From positions 20,896,001 to 20,960,000 of the forward strand of contig OZ249436.1 in NCBI GenBank assembly GCA_965235115.1: a stretch of 64,000 nucleotides of DNA. Reading direction: 5' to 3'. The DNA comes from Laetmonice hystrix. Taxonomy: Eukaryota. Shown in pieces: positions 13,570 to 25,762 of the stretch (position 1 is the stretch's first letter; every line of letters begins with the position of its first letter). The notes beneath the pieces were generated by a model. That model ran no database searches. It was not told the origin of the DNA and was given only the letters and a program-made list of their open reading frames with translations. The position numbers were made by a program, and so were the translations under genes.

Positions 13570-16500
13570 GCTACAGCAGGGGGAAGGTATATCTTATGCA
13601 TGAATAAATATGCGAAAGAGGTTTCTTCAGGGTTCTTTACTACAAACGAGAGCGTGCACGGTGCCTATATAGGATACAATTCACCGGTTGACGACCCCTC
13701 GGTCATCACTGTATCTTTGTGTTGGATATTGACGTACTTGGACGCAGTTCCTTCTATCTGACTCTACTATAAACCAGTACATTTCTAGGGTATACTCGCC
13801 TTTACTGAGCATATTAACTGAGAGATAGTATTCAAATCCTGTCCGTATCGTTATATTGGGTAATCAGCGAGGTTGTATTTAGTCAGCATACTGCTCTAAG
13901 ATTCCCCAGTGTAGCCCCGAGACGCCGAGTTGCATGCCGTTTCCTCTGAAGTGGCTATATCGACCGAACCCTGTAATTTACCCTGGTGGCTACAGTCGTT
14001 GATATGGAGAATGTTCCCATGTATCCCCGGCTGGAAGAATTCTCTCAATGCTCCTATTGCTGTAAGTAAGAGGCGACGAGCGGGGAGAGGGCTGGTGTGG
14101 CCGAGTGATATTGTGACATTATTTTATCCTCCTGTGTCTCTCTGAGTGGAGATTACCTCCAGATGGCATGGTTCTCATTTCACGCTAATTGACGAAAATC
14201 TCAAAAATATGTCCGTACTGTTCCATGTAGTGGCGCCAACTGACGCAGTTGAGTACGCAGGTGAGAGTTCAGGTATTTTGCATAAATTATCTACAGGTTG
14301 TCGTGGGAAACGCGCCCCCTAGCGGCCGTCTTCAATTATTTACAATCTGCGATTATCGTCAATCCTCACCCTGACAGTCTCACCCCTTGCACCACACCTC
14401 CCACTACGTCATGGCGCATTTAAGTCAACCCCGCTACATATCAATATTAATATGTCATTTGATAAAAAAATGTTTCGGATTTTAATCAGGTAAAAATATT
14501 CATATGTTACCATGCTGACTTTTGTGTGGGCAGTAGCTTTGTATATGCATTATTTCCCATAAACCTAGGCTTTTAACAAAAAAGTAACCACGGTGACATA
14601 TAGATATCTTAACATTGTTAAATCAGAAATACTTGTTCTTTGTATTGAAATGCATTATATTGATATGTCATGGGTTTGGGTTGGCTACATTGGTTACCTG
14701 GAGAGATAGAGTGGGAGATTTTGATTAGGTGCCGCGCAAGGTGCCCTATCCCTGGCACAGTACCAGTCTTTATGCCATCTTATAATGAAGGGTTTTAATA
14801 TGCATGACTTGATTAAATCGAGCCAAGGAAATTAAAAGTCATATAATATTACAGTTGCACTGCACGCGTGGGAATATGTAGTAATAAGGAAGAGTTACAT
14901 TTTCAGTTCTCCCATCCTTGTGGCTTAGATAAGTAATAATTATCTCGATCAACATGCATCAAGGCAATCCCAATGGAGAAAATAATGTAAGATGTTTAAA
15001 AACCATGGCCATGTTTGAGTTTCAGTTATACAAGGAAGTTGAAGGTGATAATGTTGTACATGGCTACAGCCGCCAAGGACTTGTACCCAAATAATGTGTG
15101 TCCTCCCGACTTATCGGGACTGGAGGGGTGAGGATGGAGATTGGGTTCTAATGAATGATAATTCGGGCTCCTGAAATAGAGATACAATGGCCGTATGACT
15201 TGTTTCGTCAATCTACAAAATCCCCGAATATTCGATGTTGTTAAAGTGTTGGTCCTATACAGCAATTACCGCGCGACCTTAGCGATTGGAACGGTTTTCA
15301 ATCTGACACTTGGTGATAGAGCGCGGAGATAATGCTGATTACTGCAAATTTCATCTCATGAATTCTTCAAATGAAAATAAAAAAGTCAACGAGCAAATTA
15401 AAGCTTTTAAATATTTCTTATAAATCGTACCATATGACCAATGGCAGCTTACTCCCCGCTACCGTCATACTCCTAGCCGTGATATATAGTATACTTCATT
15501 ATACAACTACTTAATGTGTACGGTCAGAATTATGCTGCAGAGTTCATACTTTTTACTTTTCATTGAAATTCGTCTAAGTGACATCGTGTATGCGAGAGCA
15601 GCTGGTACCTCAGATTTCACCGGCACGCCAGAGCTCTCATGAATAGTGGGCAGATAGGTAAATAATGAAATATAAAATAAAGAAAAATAAGGGAAATGCG
15701 TGCCGTGCAGACCCAACTCTACAATTCCAATTTCATCCCGGTTAATTGGGTTTACAGATATGGGATCTGTGGGAATTACAAATATTTGGTTGATTTCCCG
15801 TGGACATTAGGATTAACAAAGCAAAGAGGTGTGCTGATCTTGATGATAGAACCCCACATTGATAAGCTTGAGAAGCTATTCAATCGTGTACTCTGGCTTA
15901 GATATCTTCTTTCGAAAACCCTTGTAAAACATAACATTGATTCCAATAAAATTCTGAAATCAGCATCAGAGTTTACAATAGCCTTTTAATGCTATGGAAT
16001 TTAGTTGGGATTTAACAACATGAGTGCAAAAATATGTCCTCTGGAATAACCGAGAACTAGCATTTCAATGAACCTACACGCCTACATGATTCGTTACTAT
16101 GGCCGACTGATGATTTTAACTTCTGAATGACATTCTTAGAATCTGACATAACCATGGCATGAACAATAAACTCCCGAAACAGTTCGTTAACCTGGGTTCC
16201 GTCATAGTGGTAGAGGGAGGACAGAAATTGTTGTAAGGAGGATGACAGTTAGCGTGCCGTAATCCCATGCCAGGAGACTCGGCCGTCTCTCATGTCGATG
16301 GTTTATTGCCGTTTTAACTTATTGGTTTATTGTCGTTGATGACACATAATTTATAGAATATTGCGCAGCGAAAAGAAGGACGGGTCCCCAGTTTTATTAT
16401 TTTTAAATATCTCGCATATAGTTTTAGGGCTAACGTTTCTGATTGCCTGGTGTGCAGCATCAAGTCAATGTTAAAAAAAAACGGTTCGTAAATCTCCGTG

Positions 16501-17055
16501 AAAATTGGCACTCTCTCCTTCCGAGGTCATATTTCTGACCGGCGAAAACGTCCGGAAACGGCCGAGAGTTTCTTGTGGCAGCGTATGCATGGTCTCGTGA
16601 CACCTCTCTGAATCATGTTGTGAGATTCAGAAACGTTTTCAAATTCTCTGGCAGCATCGAGTAAAAAGCCCTCGTAGAGAATGAAGATCCCTCCCTATAA
16701 ATGCTAGGCTGATGCTCCAGAGATATTGATATTGAAAAAGAGATGCATTTGATTGGCTGAGCATTTGATAGCACCAAGGATCTGTATACCGTGTATCTCA
16801 TAGCATACGGTCAAATATTATTCTGGGATATTCCTATATACTCCCCTGAACTCATTTAGATTTCATTGGGGGAAAACGTGATATGGGCATTGACGTTACT
16901 ATTGTCATTATCTCTACATTTTAAAAAAAGACCTACACTATCGATAAACGAAAATAGACTGGAATGGTGTCAACAAGGGAGATAGAATTGGTACATTGCC
17001 CGTGATAACTAACCTTTCGAAATTCGGTCAAAATTAAAGCAATATCTTTGATTAA

Positions 17056-17480
17056 AGTCATATTATAGCGTGAAATGTAAGAAGACTTTAGCGATTTTCT
17101 AATATTACTTCCTGCATGTTACCAAAGACGTGTACGAATATTTGCAAAGTCCAATAGGGACAATACATGCGTGTTACCTGCAGTACAACCGAAAATCGCG
17201 ATCAATCGAAAGAAAAACGTGCAATGATTCCACCACCATTGGATTTGAACTGGAAGGAAATTCTCTCACGTGACTTTCTACGCAAGCCAAGTAGCGATCA
17301 CCCAGCAGAAGTCAGAAGTCGCCCAGACATAACTCATATTTTATAATACAACGAAATATATCTGTACCATCTGTCGTATTCACATTATGTAGACAGGAGG
17401 GGGGACGAGTGTGCCTCCAAGGTTGATATTTTTTGCTGTTGACAATCCGGCATAAGAGGGTTTCACCGGTTGTAATCTCT
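17056..17480 (-). mobile_element. Truncated inverted copy of the 8536-9804 element
   Basis: Reverse-complement match to ~9350-9804 (e.g. CAATGATTCCACCACCATTGGATTTGAAC versus GTTCAAATCCAATGGTGGTGGAATCATTG). Starts at TTAA|AGTCATA. Confidence 0.8.
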
Positions 17481-17574
17481 CGAGTCACCGTGCACCTGGG
17501 CCTCGCCGCCCGGCGTCCTCAGTCACGGTGCACCGGGAACACGCGAGCAGCATGCAGGGCCGGTGTCGCATGCA

Positions 17575-17720
17575 AAATGGTCCCCGTGCAATTCGGTCCC
17601 CCCCCCGGACCAAATTGCATATGCAATAAGGTCCGGGGGACCAAATTGCATATGCAAAAAGGTCCGGGAGGACCATATTGCATATGCAAAAAGGTCCCCC
17701 TCCGTGCAATTTGGTCCCCA
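17575..17720. repeat. Short-period GGACC/GGTCC-TGCA repeat block, probably transposon-derived
   Basis: Repeated GGACCAAATTGCATATGCAA(A/T)AAGGTCC units, bounded by CCGTGCAATT(C/T)GGTCCC. Confidence 0.6.
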
Positions 17721-17825
17721 CTATTATCCTCATGAAGTAGTTAACTATTGTCCCTACTATTATCCCCATGAAGTCGTTTATGTTTCATTTCCATTAGGCA
17801 CTGGTCGTTTTTTTTTTAAATGCAC

Positions 17826-19038
17826 GAGGAGACTGGGAAGGTGTCTACAGGGGAGTTATAATTGGGAGACACTTGGACTGTGAGGGTGTCTACAGGGGAG
17901 TTATAATTGGGAGACACTTGGTGAAGAAGAGGGGACTGGGTAGGTGTCTACAGGGGAGTTATAATTGGAAGACACGTGGTGAAGAAGAGGAGACTGGGAG
18001 GGTGTCTATAGGGGAGTTATAATTGGGAGACACTTGGTGAAGAAGAGGAGACTGGGAGGGTGTCTATAGGGGAGTTATAATTGGGAGACACTTGGTGAAG
18101 AAGAGGAGACTGGGAGGGTGTCTACAAGGGAGTTATAATTGGGAGACACGTGGTGAAGAAGAGGAGACTGGGAGGGTGTCTACATGGGAGTTATAATTGG
18201 GAGACACTTGGTGAAGAAGAGAAGACTGGGTAGGTGTCTACATGGGAGTTATAATTGGGAGACACGTGGTGAAGAAGAGGAGACTGGGAGGGTGTCTATA
18301 GGGGAGTTATAATTGGGAGACACTTGGTGAAGAAGAGGAGACTGGGTAGGTGTCTACAGGGGAGTTATAATTGGGAGACACTTGGTGAAGAAGAGGAGAC
18401 TGGGAGGGTGTCTATAGGGGAGTTATAATTGGGAGACACGTGGTGAAGAAGAGGAGACTGGGAGGGTGTCTATGGGGGAGTTATAATTGGGAGACACGTG
18501 GTGAAGAAGAGGAGACTGGGAGGGTGTCTATAGGGGAGTTATAATTGGGAGACACTTGGTGAAGAAGAGGAGACTGGGAGGGTGTCTATAGGGGAGTTAT
18601 AATTGGGAGACACGTGGTGAAGAAGAGGAGACTGGGAGGGTGTCTATGGGGGAGTTATAATTGGGAGACACGTGGTGAAGAAGAGGAGACTGGGAGGGTG
18701 TCTATAGGGGAGTTATAATTGGGAGACACTTGGTGAAGAAGAGGAGACTGGGAGGGTGTCTATAGGGGAGTTATAATTGGGAGACACGTGGTGAAGAAGA
18801 GGAGACTGGGAGGGTGTCTATAGGGGAGTTATAATTGGGAGACACGTGGTGAAGAAGAGGAGACTGGGAGGGTGTCTATAGGGGAGTTATAATTGGGAGA
18901 CACGTGGTGAAGAAGAGGAGACTGGGAGGGTGTCTCTGGGGGAGTCATAATTGGGAGACACGTGGTGAAGAAGAGGAGACTGGGTAGGTGTCTACAGGGG
19001 AGTTATAATTGGGAGACACTTGGTGAAGAAGAGGAGAC
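17826..19038. repeat. 58-bp G-rich tandem minisatellite, ~21 copies
   Basis: Unit GGAGACTGGGAGGGTGTCTATAGGGGAGTTATAATTGGGAGACAC(T/G)TGGTGAAGAAGA; period 58. Confidence 0.97.
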
Positions 19039-19180
19039 GGAAGCCCTTGGACGCTAGAAACATGCAGGTGTGATCAGTGACAACCATGAGTAGACGTATT
19101 GAGTTGAGTAGACGTATATGGCCAGACAAAGACAGCGACAACAGAATGATACTGAATTTCTACCAATTAGTTGAGAGCTG

Positions 19181-19302
19181 GGGCCCGTCCCAGATCGTTA
19201 AGTTATCATAGCAGTGAATGTTGGCTGTAACCAGCAGCCTTCCATTCACTCCTATGTTAACTTAACGATCTGGTTATTAACCAGCCTTAGTGAAACGGGT
19301 CC
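19181..19302. mobile_element. Small hairpin MITE, Harbinger-like
   Basis: GGGCCCGT..ACGGGTCC ends flanked by CTG/CAG. Internal stem CAGATCGTTAAGTTA..GTGAATG versus CATTCAC..TAACTTAACGATCTG. Confidence 0.55.
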
Positions 19303-20223
19303 CAGGATCGGCAACGATTACGGTAAACGGGTAATCAAATTGTTTTATTGTCAGGATGAAACCGAGCAGGGTTAGGCGACTCAGTGCGTATTAGGATTAA
19401 GGTGTGGCTAATTGTGATTTCAGATATATCAATCTCAAAAAAGCGGTTGCAATTTCTTGGCATGTCTTGGCATTATTAGAGGGATAATGGCTACAATTTA
19501 ATATCACTGCAATTAGTTTGAAAACCAATAAAGTTCTTCTGTTATTGGCCAGCGTAGAAAAGAATAATCAAATATAAGACGATAGTTATTAAGAAACTTC
19601 GATATCATTGAAATGTCAGAACTCCTGTGTACTGCTAATTAACGACCAGTAATTAATATGTCACAGACAGGGACGGAGGGAATATGGTAGGAGAGAAATT
19701 AAAACGTCTTAGCAAAATCCATACTTTTGAGCTGTTTTTTTATTAACCCACTGCCAAGAGTCTGTAGTTCTGTGGATGAACTGTGGATGGGGAGGTTCAA
19801 TTTCAACCATTTATTTGGCTGTTATAGTATCCAGTGTTGATCGATGAATCAGATTTAGCAAATTAGCCAGTGGCGCCTTCAGGACAGAAGGGAAATTGAG
19901 CCACGGCTCCCGAGACGATGTCAAAGATACAAGTAGTTTTAGAATATACGATCCTGTACCAATATTGCTTTACACGGTATCATAGAAACGCCTCCTCAAA
20001 TGTATGTCCGTCTACATGTTTTTTTCCCCCCTGAATATGCCTATGTACGCCAGTGGTTGGCGCTGTCGGGTTAAACAGTCAGAAAGGTCAAAATGCCAAC
20101 TAATAAATGTTTCATAAGCCATTACTCTACATATGTCGTGGCTGTATGACAATTTACCGAAAGGTGGTGACTTTTCGCTACCGCATAGCGTTTTCCCGTT
20201 GCCTTATCGTAGACGTATCTTAA

Positions 20224-20574
20224 AGCAATCAGAGAGTATCTTTCATTTCAATAACTCCAAAATGCATGGGCTTTTAGGGCAGATAAGGCCTACATAAATC
20301 AATAAATGTTTACCCACAGAAATGAGAAATCTTATGAAACTCAACATTCCAGTTGTCGCTATGAAGCGATCGTCCTATGGCGACTTCTTGACCAAATCGT
20401 TGACCTGGCATTGACATAAATTGAGCCAATGAAATTCATCGGGCAATCTCGATTTCTGTCAATAATAAGTAGGTCAGCCATACATTTATTGATCCATGTA
20501 GTCTTAGCTAACCTAACAGCCCATGTCTGCATTTTGGAGTTATTGGAATGAGAGAGATATACTCTCTGATTGCT
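20224..20574. mobile_element. Palindromic Kolobok-like MITE (TTAA TSD)
   Basis: TTAA|AGCAATCAGAGAGTAT ... ATACTCTCTGATTGCT|TTAA with long imperfect inverted arms. Related copy at 30661-31045. Confidence 0.8.
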
Positions 20575-20762
20575 TTAATGTTTTACGTTGAAAACGCAGA
20601 GCCAGGTAAATGGACCCGGTTCAAATCAACTCTAGATCAGGTTGAGTTGTATCGGATCGGTACGTGTATTACCAGCTTTAACGGGTATGGGTTTCAACAG
20701 CATATCGCATCTCCTATGTCTTTAGTCGTGTAAACAGTGGACTATTCTCTCTTTTGTTGCAG

Positions 20763-21208
20763 TATTGTCCCTCGTCTCCAGTATCCTCACGCTCACCATG
20801 ATATCCTGTGACCGTTTCTTCGGCATCGTGTTCGCCATGAAGGCTCACATCACGGAGCGTCGCTCGACCATCTTCATCCTCATCATCTGGGTACTGGCTT
20901 GTGGTATCTCGTCTCCCATGCTCCTGTACCGCGAGCAGTACGTGAGGCCATGGCTCAATCATACGGAGATATGGTGCGAAGACACGTGGCCCATCGAGTA
21001 CACCCTCGACCCCAGTACCAACCACAGCGTCGTCACGCATCCTTCTCGTAAATTCTATTACACCTTCATATCGGTGGTGCTCTACTTCGTGCCTATCGTC
21101 ATCATGACGGGAGCCTACTCGCTCATAATCTGGCGCCTCTGGTCCTCCGCCATACCCGGCGAACGCATTGAATCGGAAGTTAAAGCCCAAAATAAGATAA
21201 AAAAGAAG
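20763..21208 (+). CDS. GPCR-A (class A peptide-receptor-like GPCR), internal exon encoding TM3-ICL3
   Basis: Acceptor TTTTGTTGCAG, donor AAG|GTAT. Translation (V)LSLVSSILTLTMISCDRFFGIVFAMK...IWVLACGISSP...EIWC...YFVPIVIMTGAYSLI...KKK contains DRF, TM4 Trp, ECL2 Cys and TM5 Pro/Tyr. 446 bp, same size as the paralogous exon. Confidence 0.95.
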
Positions 21209-21400
21209 GTATATGCTTTCACAATTGTTGCTAGCACTATTTCTTAAGGCCACAAGGCGTCTAGCATTATATCCTGCTTCTGATATAAGTATAAAACATA
21301 GCCCTGCATCTTATATGTAAGAGAAGAACAAATGGATACTACGAGTTAAGTCTATAGGAAGGACATAAAGAAATATTTGAGACACTTGTGGTGTCTGTAA

Positions 21401-21618
21401 CATTGGCGTCCCCAGGATTCGAAAGGGTGCGGTCGAATTCGACTTCAGGAGGGCATGTACACCTGGTTATAGCACAGAGATCGCTACCGGAAGAAAAATT
21501 ACGAAAAACATGGCATATATTCATATGCTTATGAATCTTGTGAATTTTTGGGGCAGCGTTGGCCAAGGAAGGGGGGGGGGGTCGTTCGCACCCTCCGGCC
21601 ACCCTGGGGACGCCTAAG
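21401..21618. mobile_element. MITE with 5-bp TSD (hAT5-like)
   Basis: TIR CATTGGCGTCCCCAGG / CCTGGGGACGCCTAAG. TSD TGTAA at 21396-21400 and 21619-21623. Confidence 0.75.
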
Positions 21619-21803
21619 TGTAATATATCACGTGGTATATACTTGCCACGCAGAGATAACTAATGTGATGGAAATAAACCGTCATTCAGTTCCACTGCAG
21701 TTCCATGAGAAAATCCCATATGGGACAACTGGCCCGGTGTGGTAGTAATGAGGCTATTGGTTGTTTTTTGATATTGTTATATGATATTGTTGACTCTCTG
21801 CAG

Positions 21804-21908
21804 GTTATTATCATGCTCGTCTTTCTACTCACTGTCTTCGCAATCTGTTGGCTTCCCTTTCAAATCTCAATACTGTACGCCGAGCACCGCCCAAATAAAA
21901 ACACCCCC
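21804..21908 (+). CDS. GPCR-A exon encoding TM6-ECL3
   Basis: Acceptor CTCTCTGCAG, donor GTAAGT. Encodes VIIMLVFLLTVFAICWLPFQISILYAEHRPNKNTP with CWxP motif. 105 bp, phase 0/0. Confidence 0.95.
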
Positions 21909-22081
21909 GTAAGTAACATTGTCATTATCAGTTTACACAATCAATCATACGAGCATTTTACTACTGATATTTTCCACATTTCATCCGGGATATGAAAAAA
22001 AGGTACAAATGTTTGGAAAGAATGACATAATATGGTTTTGAACAAAAGATTTGTGAAGTAGTCAGCAGTGTGTCATTAATT

Positions 22082-22422
22082 CACTGGGGGATCCAGGGGG
22101 GGGGGGGGCAAGGGGCCCGGGCCCCCCCTTAAATTTTCCTTTTCCCCGATTTTTTTAAGAAGATGCATTATTCGGACCCTGAAACCAGTATTCCAACAAA
22201 ATTCTTTTAAAAAAGCCTCCTAATTAAACGTGATAGTAACATGGGGCCCAAAGGGGCCTCCTCAGTCATCCAGGAGCAACATAACTCTGGGCCAATGCGC
22301 ATTGAAATAGATCAAAAGGGGCCTAAAACGGCTATAAGTGCAATAAAAAATGCCGAGCGTAGCGAGGCTAAAAAAAAATTTCAGGTGGGCCCCCCCTTAT
22401 CAAAATCCTGGATCCCCCACTG
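22082..22422. mobile_element. MITE with 5-bp TSD (hAT5-like)
   Basis: TIR CA(C/G)TGGGGGATCCAGG. TSD TAATT at 22077-22081 and 22423-22427. Confidence 0.75.
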
Positions 22423-22428
22423 TAATTT

Positions 22429-22716
22429 GTTGATGGATTAATACACAGGTACAAATCTCCGTATGGAGACCGTTGATGGATTAATACACAGGTACAAATC
22501 TCCGTATGGAGACCGTTGATGGATTAATACACTGGTACAAATCTCCGTGTGGAGACCGTTGATGGATTAATACACAGGTACAAATCTCCGTATGGAGACC
22601 GTTGATGGATTAATACACAGGTACAAATCTCCGTATGGAGACCGTTGATGGATTAATACATTGGTACAAATCTCCGTATGGAGACCGTTGATGGATTAAT
22701 ACACTGGTACAAATCT
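22429..22716. repeat. 43-bp tandem repeat, ~6.7 copies
   Basis: Unit GTTGATGGATTAATACACAGGTACAAATCTCCGTATGGAGACC. Confidence 0.95.
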
Positions 22717-22754
22717 ATGTGTGATTGATGTGTTTATTCCTTTGACTGTTTCAG

Positions 22755-22863
22755 TTGCCCAGCTGGTATCCAAAGTTTAATTTCTTCGCGAACTACATGG
22801 CCTACTCCAACAGTGTCATGAACCCTATCATATATACGGGATTCAATGAGAATTTCAAGCGAG
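22755..22863 (+). CDS. GPCR-A exon encoding TM7-helix 8
   Basis: Acceptor TGTTTCAG, donor G|GTACGT. Encodes LPSWYPKFNFFANYMAYSNSVMNPIIYTGFNENFKR with NPxxY. 109 bp; absent from the ORF track. Confidence 0.95.
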
Positions 22864-22990
22864 GTACGTGTTTGTATAGCATTACGATATCAGTATAAGT
22901 ACTTGTGGACAGGTCATTGAATGAGCGGGGAAAATTGTAAATCCCCAACTCTAGATACCCCCGCATGCCCAGGTCCCAGGCCTCCCCTAT

Positions 22991-23693
22991 AGGTGCTGTG
23001 CCACACCAGGCGATTCAACAGGCGATTTGCTTGCGACGACCCTTCGCAACCGGGGTCGCAATGTGAATTTCGACGAGCTAGCCGCAGTGGCAATTTCTAC
23101 ATATATATTGTTGGAAGAAGAACCTCCAAAACCAAAAGGAACCAGATTGTGGGGGAAATAATGGATCTCCCGCCGGGGAGATCTGGGGGCATACCATTAC
23201 CTGGTTCAAAAAGTTAAAACTTGGAGACTCTGCCTCCTTCAGAAACCTGCTCAGACTGAGCCATGACGACTTCCTGTTTTTGGTTTGAAAGGTTCGCGCA
23301 TCTTTTTAACGAGAGAACACCCATTTCTGACCCAGTATTTCGCCAGAGGAACGTTTAGCTGTGACCCTGCTCTGCTCAGTCCATCGATGCTCATTCAACT
23401 CCATTTTGACATTCGTCCGAATAATCACATGACAAGTCTAGCGACTTCTGATTGGTTGATCCATTATACTTGTAGCAAGCAAGAAAACGGTGCGATTCAG
23501 CCGCAACCGTCGTTAAAAAAAATGAACATGTTCATTCTTTCCGACGAAGCTGCAACGAGTTTGCGACGACCTTGCGATGGGCGACAGAGCCTGCTGCACT
23601 ATGCGATGCGACCGTGGGTCTGGTTGCAGGCCTGCAAGTACGCAGTAAATTAAAGAGGCAATTCGCTATCTGCCCAGTAATGACACGGGCGTT
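22991..23693. mobile_element. Possible degraded TIR element
   Basis: Weak inverted ends (GCTGTGCCAC..TGACACGGGC) and repeated TTGCGACGACC(C/T)T motifs near both ends. Confidence 0.35.
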
Positions 23694-25659
23694 AAAAACC
23701 CCATCCATGAGGTAGTGATAGCCATAAAGCGTTCTGATGCTGCAACAAGTCTCTTGTGGCCAGGACGCCATAAACCCGATAATCAAACAAGCGTTCAGAA
23801 ATCAGCCTTGTTTGTTGAGTACAAGAGAGATAAGTCTGTTTGATCAATCTTATCCGTGCTAAAGCTTCTTAGCCGAAAGGTACTTTCAAAGTCATTGAGA
23901 TCATCTCAGAGTTCATTCCCAGAATCTATAAACTAATGATATATCCACATTCGTGTACAACCCTGAAAACAGGAAGTCCTTGTTCTACTTGTGACCTTTT
24001 TGACTGCAGTAGTTTTCGTTGTTATTATCGGGGGATCCTGCCTTGTTTGCTTTGAAATCGATTCACGTGGGATCACAACCATCCGTTAATACACCTCGAA
24101 CACCGATTCCATCTTCAAACAATCAGTCAAATAGATTAGTTTCAGGGCCACCAAACTGCCTATTTTTTTGGTGGCAAGGCTTGGAAAAATCCATAGCAAG
24201 TTGTCAGACATTGGCAAAGAGTATATGACCTGGCTGCTCTGACGTTATACATCAGTAGATCATACTGACGGGGTGAAAGCTGGCAGGGGGAGGGGACGCG
24301 CCCTCTGTGTGGAAGGTCATAGTATCTGGGACGACAGTACGACACAGGCCCACCGTGCCAGCACGTCTCACGTTGATTGCCTCTTCACAATCTTTGCTAT
24401 CACTGCCAATAGTGTGTGCACAGCGCTGTTGTTCTGCTGCTGTCGCCGATTGCACCAAGCCGTGGGTGATACAAACCCCACCCTCACCCACACCCACACA
24501 CCCGTGAGTCAAGGTGATAATACCCCTACTACAGCCCTCTGGCGGTGATCGATGGAGTTGACATGACGTGGGATACGGGTCAGACTTCTGTCTTCATCGC
24601 CAAACCAACAACGTCCGTGAATGGCGAAGGACCCGACCGACATCGATGATTATTTTCTGTCATAGAAAGAAACGCTGGATAAACAGATCTGCCTTGGAGG
24701 TATGACGTTCTTGTGTCCGAGTGATGTACGACCTGTTCTTTCTGAGACCTCGTGGAGGTCATTTGACAAACGGAGGGAAATGGCAAAAGAATATTTGGTT
24801 GACTTATCCTTCTTTGATACCCCAACCTCCCTTGCCCTTTGCTAAAACATTTCGTTGGTGTCATTCCAGACGGCTTATAAACCGAAAGCTGAACTTTGGC
24901 CCAGAACTTTGTGGCTTCGTTTGCTGCCAGTCCTAACGTGCAAAACGCCGTTCGCGGCCGGCAGGTTTATAAGCACAAAAAAACTGGGGGTTGTAGTTCA
25001 GTTGTAACCCGCTATCATGACAGAAATAGATTCATGTTGAGATTGACGACATCCGTTCATGTGGTTAGACCGTTAGGCTGAGTTCACATAGGAGTATACG
25101 GTATACGGTATACGGTATACGGTAAGAGCGTACGAGTGCCGTAAGTAACCGTGAACATATTCTGGAAGGTCGAGTAGTATATACTACATACTGATACTCT
25201 GTCGGGCTCTGATCCGCAAGGCTTTTCGCTGAACAGTTGATGTCATATAAAAGCTGTATTATTTCTCGGACCAGGTACCAGGCACTCGACTTGCATTTCA
25301 TGGATACGTATAGCGTATTAGCACAACAAATTGCAGTTTAACGTATGCGTTGTCCCCCATGGATACGTATAGCGTATTAGCACAACCAATTGCAGTTTTA
25401 TACACTATCTAAACCAGACTGCTCATCACTGTGGGTCGGTGCTACCTAGTTATTACTAAAGAAATATTCATTAACCAATCAGAATTCAATCCATTAATCG
25501 GTCTAGGTGTCGAAAGCTATCTGAAATGTATGAAAACCTGAGTCTGGTTTTACGAGTGGATTCTTGCCTCATGACACAGCACCGAGGGCAATATTCAGAT
25601 TCGGCCTATCATCCACCGGCATCACCTTCCATCGTGTCTGTGCCTGGGGCGATTCTCTA

Positions 25660-25762
25660 TGGAACCATACTGTCCGCGGTTGTCCGCGGGGCAGTTGTCT
25701 CCGGGGCGGTTGTCCGCGGGGGCAGTTGTCCCAGTGGTAGTTGTCCCCGTGGTGATCGTCCA
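25660..25762. repeat. ~15-bp GG(C/T)AGTTGTCC repeat block, transposon-derived type
   Basis: Repeated GGGGCAGTTGTCC-like units. Confidence 0.6.

Noticed and set aside
20714..21253. 179-aa minus-strand ORF
   Set aside because: Antisense shadow of the GPCR-A exon.
24252..24548. Cys/His-containing ORFs (GVCITHG..RC..C) in the last GPCR-A intron
   Set aside because: Motif spacing not convincing for a zinc finger, and no splice or homology support.
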